Positions 17,510-25,633 of a stretch of DNA of 27,622 bases are shown piece after piece. Position 1 is the stretch's first letter; every line of letters starts with the position of its first letter. The DNA comes from Elusimicrobiota bacterium (lineage in GTDB: Bacteria > Elusimicrobiota > Elusimicrobia > Elusimicrobiales > UBA9959). Under the pieces are notes generated by a model. It searched no databases. It worked only from the letters and a program-made list of their open reading frames with translations, and was not told where the DNA came from. The DNA lies in NCBI GenBank assembly GCA_027340875.1, contig DAIENX010000048.1, forward strand, positions 1 through 27,622, written 5' to 3'. The translations under genes and the position numbers were made by a program.

Positions 17510-17934
17510 TTCTTTGTCTCCTTGCGCGCCGCCTTTTTGCCGCAGGCGGGGCATACTCCGAAAAACTCTATGTTGCAGCTGAGCACCCTGAAGCCGCGCG
17601 GCTTGCCGGCCGGGGCCGGGGCCTTCGCCGGGGCCTTGACGTCGGCGATGCGGCCGCAGTCGACGCACATCAGGTGGGCGTGCGGGGTCATCCCGGGGTC
17701 GAAGCGGGAACGGCCGCGCTCTATGCGGACCTCCGCCAGCTCCCCTATGTTTATCAGGGACTGCAGGGTGTTGTAGACCGTGGCGAAGGAGACCCCGGGC
17801 AGGCGCTTCAGCACGCGGGAATAGATGTCCTCCGCCGTGGGGTGCGAGGTGTTGCCGTCGAGGATGCGGAGTATCTCGGCGCGCTGCGGCGTCATCCGGT
17901 ATCCCTTCGGCAGGTCTTTGGCGTTCTTTTTCAT
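17482..17934 (-). CDS. perR: Fur-family regulator, probably PerR
   Basis: TPQR, HPTAE, ATVYNTL, HAHLMCVDCG and CPAC motifs; co-transcribed with ahpC. Confidence 0.85.
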   Translation of the reverse strand: MKKNAKDLPKGYRMTPQRAEILRILDGNTSHPTAEDIYSRVLKRLPGVSFATVYNTLQSLINIGELAEVRIERGRSRFDPGMTPHAHLMCVDCGRIADVKAPAKAPAPAGKPRGFRVLSCNIEFFGVCPACGKKAARKETKKCLKKRTRR

Positions 17935-17988
17935 ATTAGAATCGTTATTGTCTAATAAATCTTACCAGATTAGAAGTATTCTTGTCAA
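17935..17988 (-). promoter_or_regulatory. perR promoter with two Per/Fur-box-like operators
   Basis: TTAGAATCGTTATTG (17936-17950) and TTAGAAGTATTCTTG (17970-17984) resemble TTATAATNATTATAA. They overlap or flank the minus-strand promoter TTGACA-18-TAAGAT. Confidence 0.65.
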
Positions 17989-18041
17989 GGGCCTTCTTCG
18001 GCCCGCTGTGCTATAATCTATTTTAAGGAATAGGAGGACGC

Positions 18042-18245
18042 ATGAAGATCGTTCTGAAAATCATGGGGATGAGCTGCGGCGGCTGCCGCAGCGGGGTGGA
18101 GAACGCCCTGCGGCGCGTTCCCGGAGTGATATCGGTGGAGGTCAGCCTCCCGAAAGGCGAGGCCGCCGTGGAATACGACGAAAAGAAGGCCGCCCCCGGA
18201 GATCTGAGGGCGGCCGTGGAGAAGGCCGGCTTCAAGGCCGGCTGA
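18042..18245 (+). CDS. copZ: Heavy-metal-associated domain chaperone (CopZ-like)
   Basis: GMSCGGC motif, terminal AGF, AGGAGG RBS, and TGcTATAAT promoter at 18009-18017. Confidence 0.88.
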   Translation: MKIVLKIMGMSCGGCRSGVENALRRVPGVISVEVSLPKGEAAVEYDEKKAAPGDLRAAVEKAGFKAG

Positions 18246-18248
18246 GCC

Positions 18249-19472
18249 CTACTGTTTCCTGGCCGGGTCCTCCACCCTGCCGATGAACAGTATCAGGCCT
18301 GTCCCCGGCTGCTCGATCACGAACAGGAAGGGCCTGTCCGCGCGGAAGACGGCGTAGTCGAGAACTATCGATTTCAGTCCCATCGCGGCGCCGGTGGCGG
18401 CCGCGGCCTCCGTCCCCTCCTCGGTGACCTCCACGAACGCCTTGTGGAAGGCCTTCTGTATGTAGAGGTCCTTGGTGCCGTCCATCCCGGAGAAGTCCGC
18501 CTTGTCGGTGAACGCGGTGGGCATTCCCAGGGCCGCCAGCGAAGAGTTCATCGTGAAACCGTAGCCGAAGGTGAACTTGGGCAGGAAGACCTTGACCTTC
18601 TGGGTATAGAGCTCCTTCCTCGCGGCCTCCAGCGCTTCCGGGGACAATCCGGCCTCGAGCGCGGAGAGCTGTACCCCTTCCTTGGGCAGCAGGACCAGCA
18701 TCGACAATCCTCCCCCCTTGTACGGCAGGCGCAGGACCTGCTTCTGCGCGTCCTCCCCGTATTCCAGCTCCCGTTCGCCCTTCAGGGCCATCATCGGTAC
18801 TTTCAGCTTGGCGCCGCCGGGCCCTGCGAAGTCGGCCTCCGCGGTTAGGGCCGGGTCGAAGCGGTGCTCCCACGAGCCCTTGAAATAGACGGCGTTGACC
18901 AGCACCAGGCGCGTGAGCGGGTCCAGCGAGCCCTCGGGGAAGAGCCCGCGTATCCTGCCGCCGGTGGCGTTCTCGGTCCACATGTTTATCCTGCGCCGCG
19001 CTTCGTCGGTCTTCCCCTTGAAGTCGGCGTTCATGGCCTGGGCCGAATAGTCGGAGCGCAGCGTTTTCAGGTAGTCCTTGCTGAACTTGTAGCCGTCCTG
19101 GGCCCAGAAGGAGTCGGCTTGCGTGAAGACAGCGCCTTTGAGCGATGAGGCCAGGGCTTTCTTCAGCTCCGCAGTTCCGGCCCGGAGGTCCTTGGTCTTG
19201 GGCGGGAAAGAGAAGACCGAGGACATCTCCTCGGCCGTGCGGCCCCGGGCCCCCTCGTAGACCCCAGAGAAGGCGCCGTAGATGCTGTAAGGGGAGAAGA
19301 AGAGGTTGCCGGGCTTCCTGGCTTCCGCGGCGTAGAGCTTGAAGGCGATGATGTTGGCGCGCGCCGCCGGGGACGGCTGCGGAGCTTGCTTCTTCCCGGT
19401 CTCCGCGGCCGAGCAGGCGCCGGCGGCGAAGGCGGCGATGGCGGCGGCCGCCAGAAGGTTCTGGAGCTTCAT
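18249..19472 (-). CDS. Exported serpin (serine protease inhibitor)
   Basis: NLFFSPYSI, LVNAVYFKGSW, hinge EEGTEAAAAT and FRADRPFLF motifs; N-terminal signal peptide; AAGGAGG RBS. Confidence 0.95.
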   Translation of the reverse strand: MKLQNLLAAAAIAAFAAGACSAAETGKKQAPQPSPAARANIIAFKLYAAEARKPGNLFFSPYSIYGAFSGVYEGARGRTAEEMSSVFSFPPKTKDLRAGTAELKKALASSLKGAVFTQADSFWAQDGYKFSKDYLKTLRSDYSAQAMNADFKGKTDEARRRINMWTENATGGRIRGLFPEGSLDPLTRLVLVNAVYFKGSWEHRFDPALTAEADFAGPGGAKLKVPMMALKGERELEYGEDAQKQVLRLPYKGGGLSMLVLLPKEGVQLSALEAGLSPEALEAARKELYTQKVKVFLPKFTFGYGFTMNSSLAALGMPTAFTDKADFSGMDGTKDLYIQKAFHKAFVEVTEEGTEAAAATGAAMGLKSIVLDYAVFRADRPFLFVIEQPGTGLILFIGRVEDPARKQ

Positions 19473-19543
19473 ATCATCCTCCTTGTGGCTTTCATGGGAT
19501 TATTCTACAACAAAAGCGCGGCCGGGCGGCCGGAGTAAAAAAA

Positions 19544-19646
19544 GTTCAGCCTTCATCATCGGGGCGCCGGGAATTGAACCCGGAACCTTTCGCACCCCAA
19601 GCGAACGCTCTACCATTGAGCCACGCCCCGAAGATGAAGGCTGAAC
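19544..19646. repeat. Perfect 14-bp inverted repeat enclosing tRNA-Pro(GGG)
   Basis: GTTCAGCCTTCATC (19544-19557) and GATGAAGGCTGAAC (19633-19646). Confidence 0.9.
19559..19630 (-). tRNA. tRNA-Pro(GGG)
   Basis: CGGGGCG..CGCCCCG-A acceptor; anticodon arm TTCGC-TTGGGGT-GCGAA; T-loop GGTTCAATTCC. Confidence 0.95.
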
Positions 19647-19709
19647 CTGAAATCAGTGCCGCTTTAAAGAACCGGAACTATTATAGCAAAAATAGGCGCG
19701 CCGGCCGGC

Positions 19710-20045
19710 TCAGAGCTCCTTGAGCAGCTGGCGGAGGTCCCTGGCTATCTCGTCGAGAAGGGCGCTTTTGGGGGCCGTGGCCGCCGTCCGCGGCGGCGCT
19801 TTCTTCTGGCGGCGCGCCAGGGAAAGCGCCTTCCTGGCCCCGTCGAGCGAATAGCCCTTCACGAAGACCAGGTCCTTGATCTGCAGCAGCGTGTCCACGT
19901 CGGCCCGCGTGTAGCGGCGGTGGCCGCTGGAAAGCCTCAGCGGCCGGAGCAGGCGGAACTTGGCCTCCCAGTAGCGTATGGTGTACTCCGGAAGCTGCGC
20001 GGCGCGCGAGACCTCGCGCATGGTCAGGTACGTCTTCTCGGACAT
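19710..20045 (-). CDS. MerR-family HTH regulator (ihfA-associated type)
   Basis: TIRYWE..F..LRP, GHRRY and GYSLDGARK motifs; TGATG-coupled to the IHF gene. Confidence 0.88.
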   Translation of the reverse strand: MSEKTYLTMREVSRAAQLPEYTIRYWEAKFRLLRPLRLSSGHRRYTRADVDTLLQIKDLVFVKGYSLDGARKALSLARRQKKAPPRTAATAPKSALLDEIARDLRQLLKEL

Positions 20046-20311
20046 CACATCCCGATGGTCAGCTTCTTGGACGGCTTGAAACGGATGCTTTTCCGGGGCC
20101 CCACCATCACGCGCTGGTTGGTCTTCGGGTTGCGCATCTGGCGCGGCATGCGCTCCTTCACCTTGAAGGTGCCGAAGTTGGAGATGACCACCTTGCGGTT
20201 GTCGCGCAGGGCCTCTCCCATGATCTCGAAGGTCTTGCAGACCGCGAGCTTGGCGTCCTTTTCCGTGGTGAGATGCTTGGTCAGTTCCCGGATAAGGTCA
20301 AGTCTGTTCAT
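20045..20311 (-). CDS. ihfA: HU/IHF-family DNA-binding protein (probably IHF alpha)
   Basis: VVISNFGTFKV, RNPKT and FKPSKKL motifs; followed by a MerR gene, as in the common ihfA-merR pair. Confidence 0.75.
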   Translation of the reverse strand: MNRLDLIRELTKHLTTEKDAKLAVCKTFEIMGEALRDNRKVVISNFGTFKVKERMPRQMRNPKTNQRVMVGPRKSIRFKPSKKLTIGM

Positions 20312-20876
20312 CGTCTTCTTCCCCCTCGCTATTCTCCTCCTCGTCCTGGCCCTCCTGTTTGTCGCCTGAGAGGAGCTGGCCGATGATGTCGTTTGGCTTG
20401 AGGTTCTTCAGGTCGTGCTTGAAGCGGGTGACCTCGTCCTCCGTTATCGGCTTGCTCAGGACCTGGGTCTTGGAGAAAACTTTCTCGGAAATATAGACGG
20501 GGCAGCCGAAGCGCACCGCCAGCGCCACCGCGTCGGAAGGCCGGGAGTCGACCTGCCTGGGGTCGGAGCCGTCCGGCTTCGCTATGTGCAGCGTGGAATA
20601 ATAGGTGTTCTCTACGATGTCGTCTATGACCACCTTCTTCAGGGTCAGGCCGAGCGTCTTGATCAGCGAGAAGAGCAGGTCGTGCGTCATCGGCCTGGGG
20701 GACGGGTAGCCGGACAGGCGTATGGCTATGGCCTGCGCCTCCATCGGCCCTATCCAGATCGGCAGTATCCTGGTGCCGTCGGTCTCGTCCAGGAAGATTA
20801 TGGACTCCGTCATGCTGGTGGCGATGGAGTAGATGCGCACCTCCACCAGATCGTCGGGGCTGCGTTCTTCCGTCAT
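20298..20876 (-). CDS. Bifunctional nuclease family protein (DUF151)
   Basis: LPIWIGPMEAQAI, RPMTHDL and DSRPSDAVALA motifs; start MTEER overlaps the plsY stop (ATGA). Confidence 0.9.
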   Translation of the reverse strand: MTEERSPDDLVEVRIYSIATSMTESIIFLDETDGTRILPIWIGPMEAQAIAIRLSGYPSPRPMTHDLLFSLIKTLGLTLKKVVIDDIVENTYYSTLHIAKPDGSDPRQVDSRPSDAVALAVRFGCPVYISEKVFSKTQVLSKPITEDEVTRFKHDLKNLKPNDIIGQLLSGDKQEGQDEEENSEGEEDDEQT

Positions 20877-21541
20877 TGTTCCTTCTTCTCCCCGTCCTGC
20901 GGAGGCGGCTGCTTCCCGTGTTTGAAGGAGAGCTCCGCGCCTTTCAGTATGCGGCGAATGTTGGCGATGTGGGTGTAGAAGATCAGCGCGCAGACGGCCA
21001 GCGCCAGCAGCGTGAACGGCCGCTGGTAGTCCTTGGCCAGAAGGAAGCAGAGCACCGGCAGCGCGACGGAGGCGGACATCGAGCCCACCGAGATATGGCT
21101 GGTGAGCGCCACCGCTATGCCGAACACCACGAAGGCCCCCGCGGTGGGGACGGGCAGCAGCGCGGCGAAAACGCCGGCCGCGGTGGCCACGCCTTTGCCG
21201 CCGCGGAAGTTGAGGAACACGGTCCAGATATGGCCCGCTATGGCCAGCGCGCCGGCCGTGACCGGTATCCACCAGTGGCCCTTGCTGAAATCCATCGAGC
21301 CGGGGATGAAGAAGTACTGCGTCGCCACCCAGGCCGGGCCGAAGCCCTTCAGGAAGTCGAAAGTGAAGGTCGCTATGCCGGGGCCCTTGCCCAGCGTGCG
21401 GTAGACGTTGGCCGTGCCCGGGTTCCCGGAGCCGTGCTTGCGTATGTCTATCCCCTTCAGCCGACCTATCAGGTAGCCGGTGGGGATCCCTCCCAGCACG
21501 TAGCTGGAGACGAAGAGAATGGCGATCTTTATATGTGTCAT
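20873..21541 (-). CDS. plsY: Glycerol-3-phosphate acyltransferase PlsY
   Basis: DIRKHGSGNPGTANVYR, FRGGKGVAT and HIANIRR motifs. Confidence 0.95.
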   Translation of the reverse strand: MTHIKIAILFVSSYVLGGIPTGYLIGRLKGIDIRKHGSGNPGTANVYRTLGKGPGIATFTFDFLKGFGPAWVATQYFFIPGSMDFSKGHWWIPVTAGALAIAGHIWTVFLNFRGGKGVATAAGVFAALLPVPTAGAFVVFGIAVALTSHISVGSMSASVALPVLCFLLAKDYQRPFTLLALAVCALIFYTHIANIRRILKGAELSFKHGKQPPPQDGEKKEQ

Positions 21542-21584
21542 GTAGGCTCTATGGAAAGTATAGAAAAAATAAGGGATTATTTCA

Positions 21585-22832
21585 TCAGGCGCCGGCCTTT
21601 TTCAACAGCCGGGCGTAATTCTCCGGCGTGGCCTTGAACTTCAGCGTGACGTCGCGCTGGCCGTATTCCGCCGCGCTGACCAGGCAGGAGGAATAGATCT
21701 CCGCTATCAGCCCCCTGGACCCGGCGGGTATTTTGAGCTCGTATTCCCCCCAGCGTTTGGAGAGCGCCCGCTCGCAGGCCGCGAGCAGCCCGTCCACGCC
21801 CTCGCCGGTAAGTGCCGAGACGAAGAGCGGCTTAAGGCTGGCCGGGGCCCAGGCGGAGGAGGACGGGTCCTCCACCGCGTCGGCCTTGTTGAAGACGTTT
21901 ATGACGGGTATGCCGCTGATACCCAATTCCTTCAGCGTGGCCTTCACGGCCTCGTGCTGCGGGCGTGCCTCCGGGGAACTGAGGTCGTGCACGTGCAGGA
22001 TCAGGTCGCTGTAGCGGATCTCCTCCAGCGTGGCGCGGAAGGCGGCGATAAGGTCGTGCGGCAGTTTTTGTATGAAGCCGACGGTGTCGGTGAACAGCGC
22101 CCAGCCGCCGGCGGGCAGGCGCACGCGCTTGGTGGTAGGGTCGAGCGTGGCGAAGAGCTTGTCGTCGGCGTAGATGCCGTGGCGGCTGCCGGTCAGTTTG
22201 TTGAGCAGCGTGCTCTTGCCTGCGTTGGTGTAGCCCACGATCGAGACCTGCGGCATCGGGACGGAGTCGCGCTGGGCGCGCTGGGTATGGCGCTCGTCGC
22301 GGATGGACTCTATCTCCCGCTCGAGCTCGGAGATCTTCACGCGCAGCTCGCGCTTGTCGTATTCCAGTTTCTTCTCGCCGGAGCCTCGGCCGCCTATCAT
22401 GCCGCGCTGCTGGTCCATGCTGCCGCCCTTGCCGCCTAGCCGCGACAGCGCGTAGTTGAAGCCGGCAAGCCTGGCCTGCAGCTTGCCCTCGCGAGTGCGG
22501 GCGCGCATCGCGAAGATGTCTATGATGAGCCGCGGCCTGTCGGCCACGTCCACGCCGAAGGCGCGCTCGAGGTTGCGGCCCTGGCCCGGGGTGAGCTCCT
22601 CGTCGAATATAACCGCGCCTGCCCCGGTCTCCTTCACCAGCGCTTTCAGCTCCTCCACCTTGCCGGAGCCTATCAGCGTGGCCGGGTTCCAGGCCTGCAG
22701 GCGCACGTGCAGCTTCCTCACCGGCTCCAGGCCGGCGGTCTCGGTCAGGCGCCAGAGCTCCTCGAGCGAGGTGCCCCCGCCGGAGGCCCTGCGCCCGCGC
22801 TTCAGCGAGGCGGCCACCAGTATGGCTTTCAT
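21585..22832 (-). CDS. hflX: GTPase HflX
   Basis: IGSGKVEEL, ARTREGKLQ, GYTNAGKSTL, LFATLDPT, DTVGF and NKAD motifs. Confidence 0.96.
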   Translation of the reverse strand: MKAILVAASLKRGRRASGGGTSLEELWRLTETAGLEPVRKLHVRLQAWNPATLIGSGKVEELKALVKETGAGAVIFDEELTPGQGRNLERAFGVDVADRPRLIIDIFAMRARTREGKLQARLAGFNYALSRLGGKGGSMDQQRGMIGGRGSGEKKLEYDKRELRVKISELEREIESIRDERHTQRAQRDSVPMPQVSIVGYTNAGKSTLLNKLTGSRHGIYADDKLFATLDPTTKRVRLPAGGWALFTDTVGFIQKLPHDLIAAFRATLEEIRYSDLILHVHDLSSPEARPQHEAVKATLKELGISGIPVINVFNKADAVEDPSSSAWAPASLKPLFVSALTGEGVDGLLAACERALSKRWGEYELKIPAGSRGLIAEIYSSCLVSAAEYGQRDVTLKFKATPENYARLLKKAGA

Positions 22833-23791
22833 GAATTTATTATCCGCTCGGCCAGCGCGCCGGCGTCGTAGTCCTCCGGCTTCTCCAGCTCTATCCTGAG
22901 GACGTTGCGGTAGCGGCCGAACCAGGTGTTCTGGCGCTTGGCGTAGGACATCGAGGCGGCCACTATCTGCCGTATCGCGTCCTGTTTCTCCAGGCGGCCG
23001 GCCAGGTAGTCCAGCATTTGCGGGTAGCCCAGCGTCTTCAGGCCCGGGCAGTCCTCCGCGTAGCCCAGCCGCAGCAGCTCCCTGGTCTCCTCCGCCCAGG
23101 CCTCGAAATTATCCATGGTGCGGCGTTTTACGCGCTCCGTCAGCAGCTCCTTGCTCCACTTCAGGAAGACGAACTTGCCGTCGTGCACGGGCAGCGAGTG
23201 GAAGAAGCGCCCCGTCCAGAGCTGCGAGGCCGGCCTGCCGGCGGCCCTGGTTATCTCTATGGCCCGCATCACGCGCTGCACGTTGCCCGGCGGGATGCGG
23301 CGCGCGGCCTCGGGGTCGAGCTGCTGCAGCTCCGAGTACAGCGCGAGCTTGCCGCCGCTTTCCGCCAGGGCGGTCAGCTGCTGGCGTATGGTCGGGTCCG
23401 ACGGAGGGAGCTCGTCGAGGCCGTTCCAGTAGGCCTGTACGTACATGCCGGTGCCGCCGGCCATTATGGGCACCTTGCCGCGCTTCCAGATCCCGGGGAC
23501 CAGCTTCTTCGCCTCGCGGACGAAGGACCCCGCGTCCCAGGACGCGCGCGGGTCGAGTGTGTCCACCAGGTGGTAGGGAACCCCGTCCACCAGGTAGAAT
23601 TTGCCGTCCGGGGTGTCGGTCCAGGCTCCGCGCGGCTTGGCGGTGCCGGCCTCCATCAGGCGGTAGACCTGCCTGGAATCGGCCGAGAGCACCTCGCCAC
23701 CCAGGCGGCGGGCCAGCTCCAGGGCCAGCCCGGTCTTGCCGGAGGCGTTGGCCCCCATCAGCACCACGGGTTTCAAAAGTTGAACGGACAT
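22829..23791 (-). CDS. miaA: tRNA dimethylallyltransferase
   Basis: GANASGKT, SADSRQVYR, GTAKP, GGTGMY and YAKRQNTWF motifs. Confidence 0.95.
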   Translation of the reverse strand: MSVQLLKPVVLMGANASGKTGLALELARRLGGEVLSADSRQVYRLMEAGTAKPRGAWTDTPDGKFYLVDGVPYHLVDTLDPRASWDAGSFVREAKKLVPGIWKRGKVPIMAGGTGMYVQAYWNGLDELPPSDPTIRQQLTALAESGGKLALYSELQQLDPEAARRIPPGNVQRVMRAIEITRAAGRPASQLWTGRFFHSLPVHDGKFVFLKWSKELLTERVKRRTMDNFEAWAEETRELLRLGYAEDCPGLKTLGYPQMLDYLAGRLEKQDAIRQIVAASMSYAKRQNTWFGRYRNVLRIELEKPEDYDAGALAERIINS

Positions 23792-23861
23792 TCGTCTATA
23801 ATGGAAGCGGCCAGGGGCGTCAAAGCCGTCTGGCCGCTCAGGTCCTTGCTCCGAACTCCTG

Positions 23862-24344
23862 CTATTTCTTCTTGAACAGCGGCTCGTCCTTCTGCGGCTT
23901 GTTGCAGAGGCCGTTGGCGCGGCAGGTCTCCACGCAGACCTCCGGCAGCTTCAGCGCGAAGCGCGTGTCGCAGTCCGAGTAGTCCTCGGCCATGTCGTTG
24001 ATGCGCTTCCTGTCGTCGGGGCTGATCCCGGTGAAAGCGATGCCGTTCATGAAGACTCCGCCCTTGTCCTTTACCCAGGAGATGCGGCCGGTGACCGGGA
24101 TCTCCTTGATGCCGCTGAGCTTGAGGATGATGTTCAGCTCCTTCGTGTGCGGCGGCGCCATGAAGGTTATCAGCCGCATGCCGCCGGCGGAAAGGTCCGA
24201 CAGGATGGCCGGCTGCGGCACGGCCTTGCCGGCCGCGTCCTCGGTGAAAAATTCTATCTCCACGGGCTCCAGGATGCCGTGCAGTATGGGCAGGCGCACG
24301 TGCTGCCGTCTTTCCTTGAGAACCTTGCTGGTTTTTTTCGTCAT
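23862..24344 (-). CDS. PilZ-domain protein with Cys-rich C-terminal extension
   Basis: ERRQHVR (RxxxR) and DLSAGG motifs; tail C-x11-C-x3-C-x5-C. ATGA-coupled to miaB. Confidence 0.85.
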   Translation of the reverse strand: MTKKTSKVLKERRQHVRLPILHGILEPVEIEFFTEDAAGKAVPQPAILSDLSAGGMRLITFMAPPHTKELNIILKLSGIKEIPVTGRISWVKDKGGVFMNGIAFTGISPDDRKRINDMAEDYSDCDTRFALKLPEVCVETCRANGLCNKPQKDEPLFKKK

Positions 24345-25633
24345 ATCAGCTTCCCGTATAAAGTATTTTTTTCGGCCCCGGCCACCAGCACACCCGAGAG
24401 CTTCCCGGGTGTCCCCCCGGCCTTTACCCTCACCGCAAAATTCGCGGAAGAGCGGCCGTACGTGTCGGTCTCGAAAAGAACTTCCTCTATTCTACCAATT
24501 CTTTCTTCCAATACAACCCGGGAATTTTTCTTTACGGCGGCCAGCAGCCTCTCCAGCCTGGCCTCGAGCTCCGCTTCCGGGATGGTAGCCTTCATCTCCG
24601 GCCTGTCGGAGCGCGGCGAGTACTTGAAGCAGTAGGCCAGCGAGAAACGGCCCTCTTCCACGAGGCGCAGCGTGTCCAGGAAGTCGTCCTCGGTCTCGCC
24701 CGGATAGCCCACGATGAAGTCCGTGGAGACGGCCAGGCCCGGCGCGGCTTCCCTGAGCCTGGCCAGCAGGTCCAGGTAGGCCACGCGCGTGTAGCCGCGG
24801 CGCATGGCCTTCAGTATACGGTCGGAGCCGCTCTGCGCCGGCAGGTGCATGTGGCGGGCGAGCTTCGGCTCTTCGGCCAGCACCTTCATGAAGGCCGCGT
24901 CGTAGTAGAGCGGGTGCGGGCTCATGAAGCGCAGGCGCTCCAGGCCCGGCAGGCGCAGGACTTTCCTTAAGAGTTCGGAGAACGTGGTCCGCCCGTGCCT
25001 GTAGGAGTTCACCGTCTGGCCCAGCAGCACCAGCTCCCTGGCCCCGGCGGAAAGCCTGGCGGCCGCGTCCTCGAGGAGGGCCTTCGGGGACAGGCAAACG
25101 GCCGGGCCGCGCACGGCCGGCACTATGCAGTAGGAGCACTTCATCGAGCAGCCGCGCATCACCGTGACGTAGGCCGTCTGCGGGGAACGGAACAGGTTCC
25201 GGTGCTCGGCCTCGCCTTCGGTCGCGGGCCCCAGCTGGCGTATCAGCGAGTCTTCGAACTTCTCTATCGCGCGGGCGCCCACCACCTCGTTGATGAAATC
25301 GAAGCGGCCCTTCAGGTATTTCTCCCCCAGCTTCTGCGCCGCGCAGCCCACCACGAACAGCTTGCCGTCCGGATGGCGCTCCTTCCAGACGCGCAGACGG
25401 CCTATCTGGGAGATGGCCTTGTTCTCCGCCTTCTGGCGCACCGTGCAGGTGTTCACCACCACGGCGTCGGCCTTCTTCAGCTCGGGCGTGACCACGTAGC
25501 CGCGCGCTCTGAACGCCGCGGCTATGTCCTCCGAGTCGGCCTCGTTCATCTGGCAGCCGAAGGTGATAATACAGACCCGTCGTGCTGCCCCGCCCGCCCC
25601 GGGCGGGGCGGCACGTTTTTCAGATTTCTGCAT
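24341..25633 (-). CDS. miaB: tRNA-i6A37 methylthiotransferase MiaB
   Basis: TFGCQMNEADSE, NTCTVR, GCAAQ, radical-SAM CSMKCSYC, LLGQTVNSY, TDFIVGYPGET and a C-terminal TRAM-like domain. Confidence 0.93.
   Translation of the reverse strand: MQKSEKRAAPPGAGGAARRVCIITFGCQMNEADSEDIAAAFRARGYVVTPELKKADAVVVNTCTVRQKAENKAISQIGRLRVWKERHPDGKLFVVGCAAQKLGEKYLKGRFDFINEVVGARAIEKFEDSLIRQLGPATEGEAEHRNLFRSPQTAYVTVMRGCSMKCSYCIVPAVRGPAVCLSPKALLEDAAARLSAGARELVLLGQTVNSYRHGRTTFSELLRKVLRLPGLERLRFMSPHPLYYDAAFMKVLAEEPKLARHMHLPAQSGSDRILKAMRRGYTRVAYLDLLARLREAAPGLAVSTDFIVGYPGETEDDFLDTLRLVEEGRFSLAYCFKYSPRSDRPEMKATIPEAELEARLERLLAAVKKNSRVVLEERIGRIEEVLFETDTYGRSSANFAVRVKAGGTPGKLSGVLVAGAEKNTLYGKLI

Noticed and set aside
16901..17668. 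ORF-track N-terminal extensions of ahpC (also 10370-11770, 20298-21272, 7960-8532, 15088-15420)
   Set aside because: Extensions overlap upstream genes or promoters; internal ATGs match family starts and mostly have an RBS or translational coupling.
13382..19630. tRNA genes as integration sites of an island
   Set aside because: No duplicated tRNA 3' ends and no adjacent tyrosine integrase; intervening genes have host-like composition.
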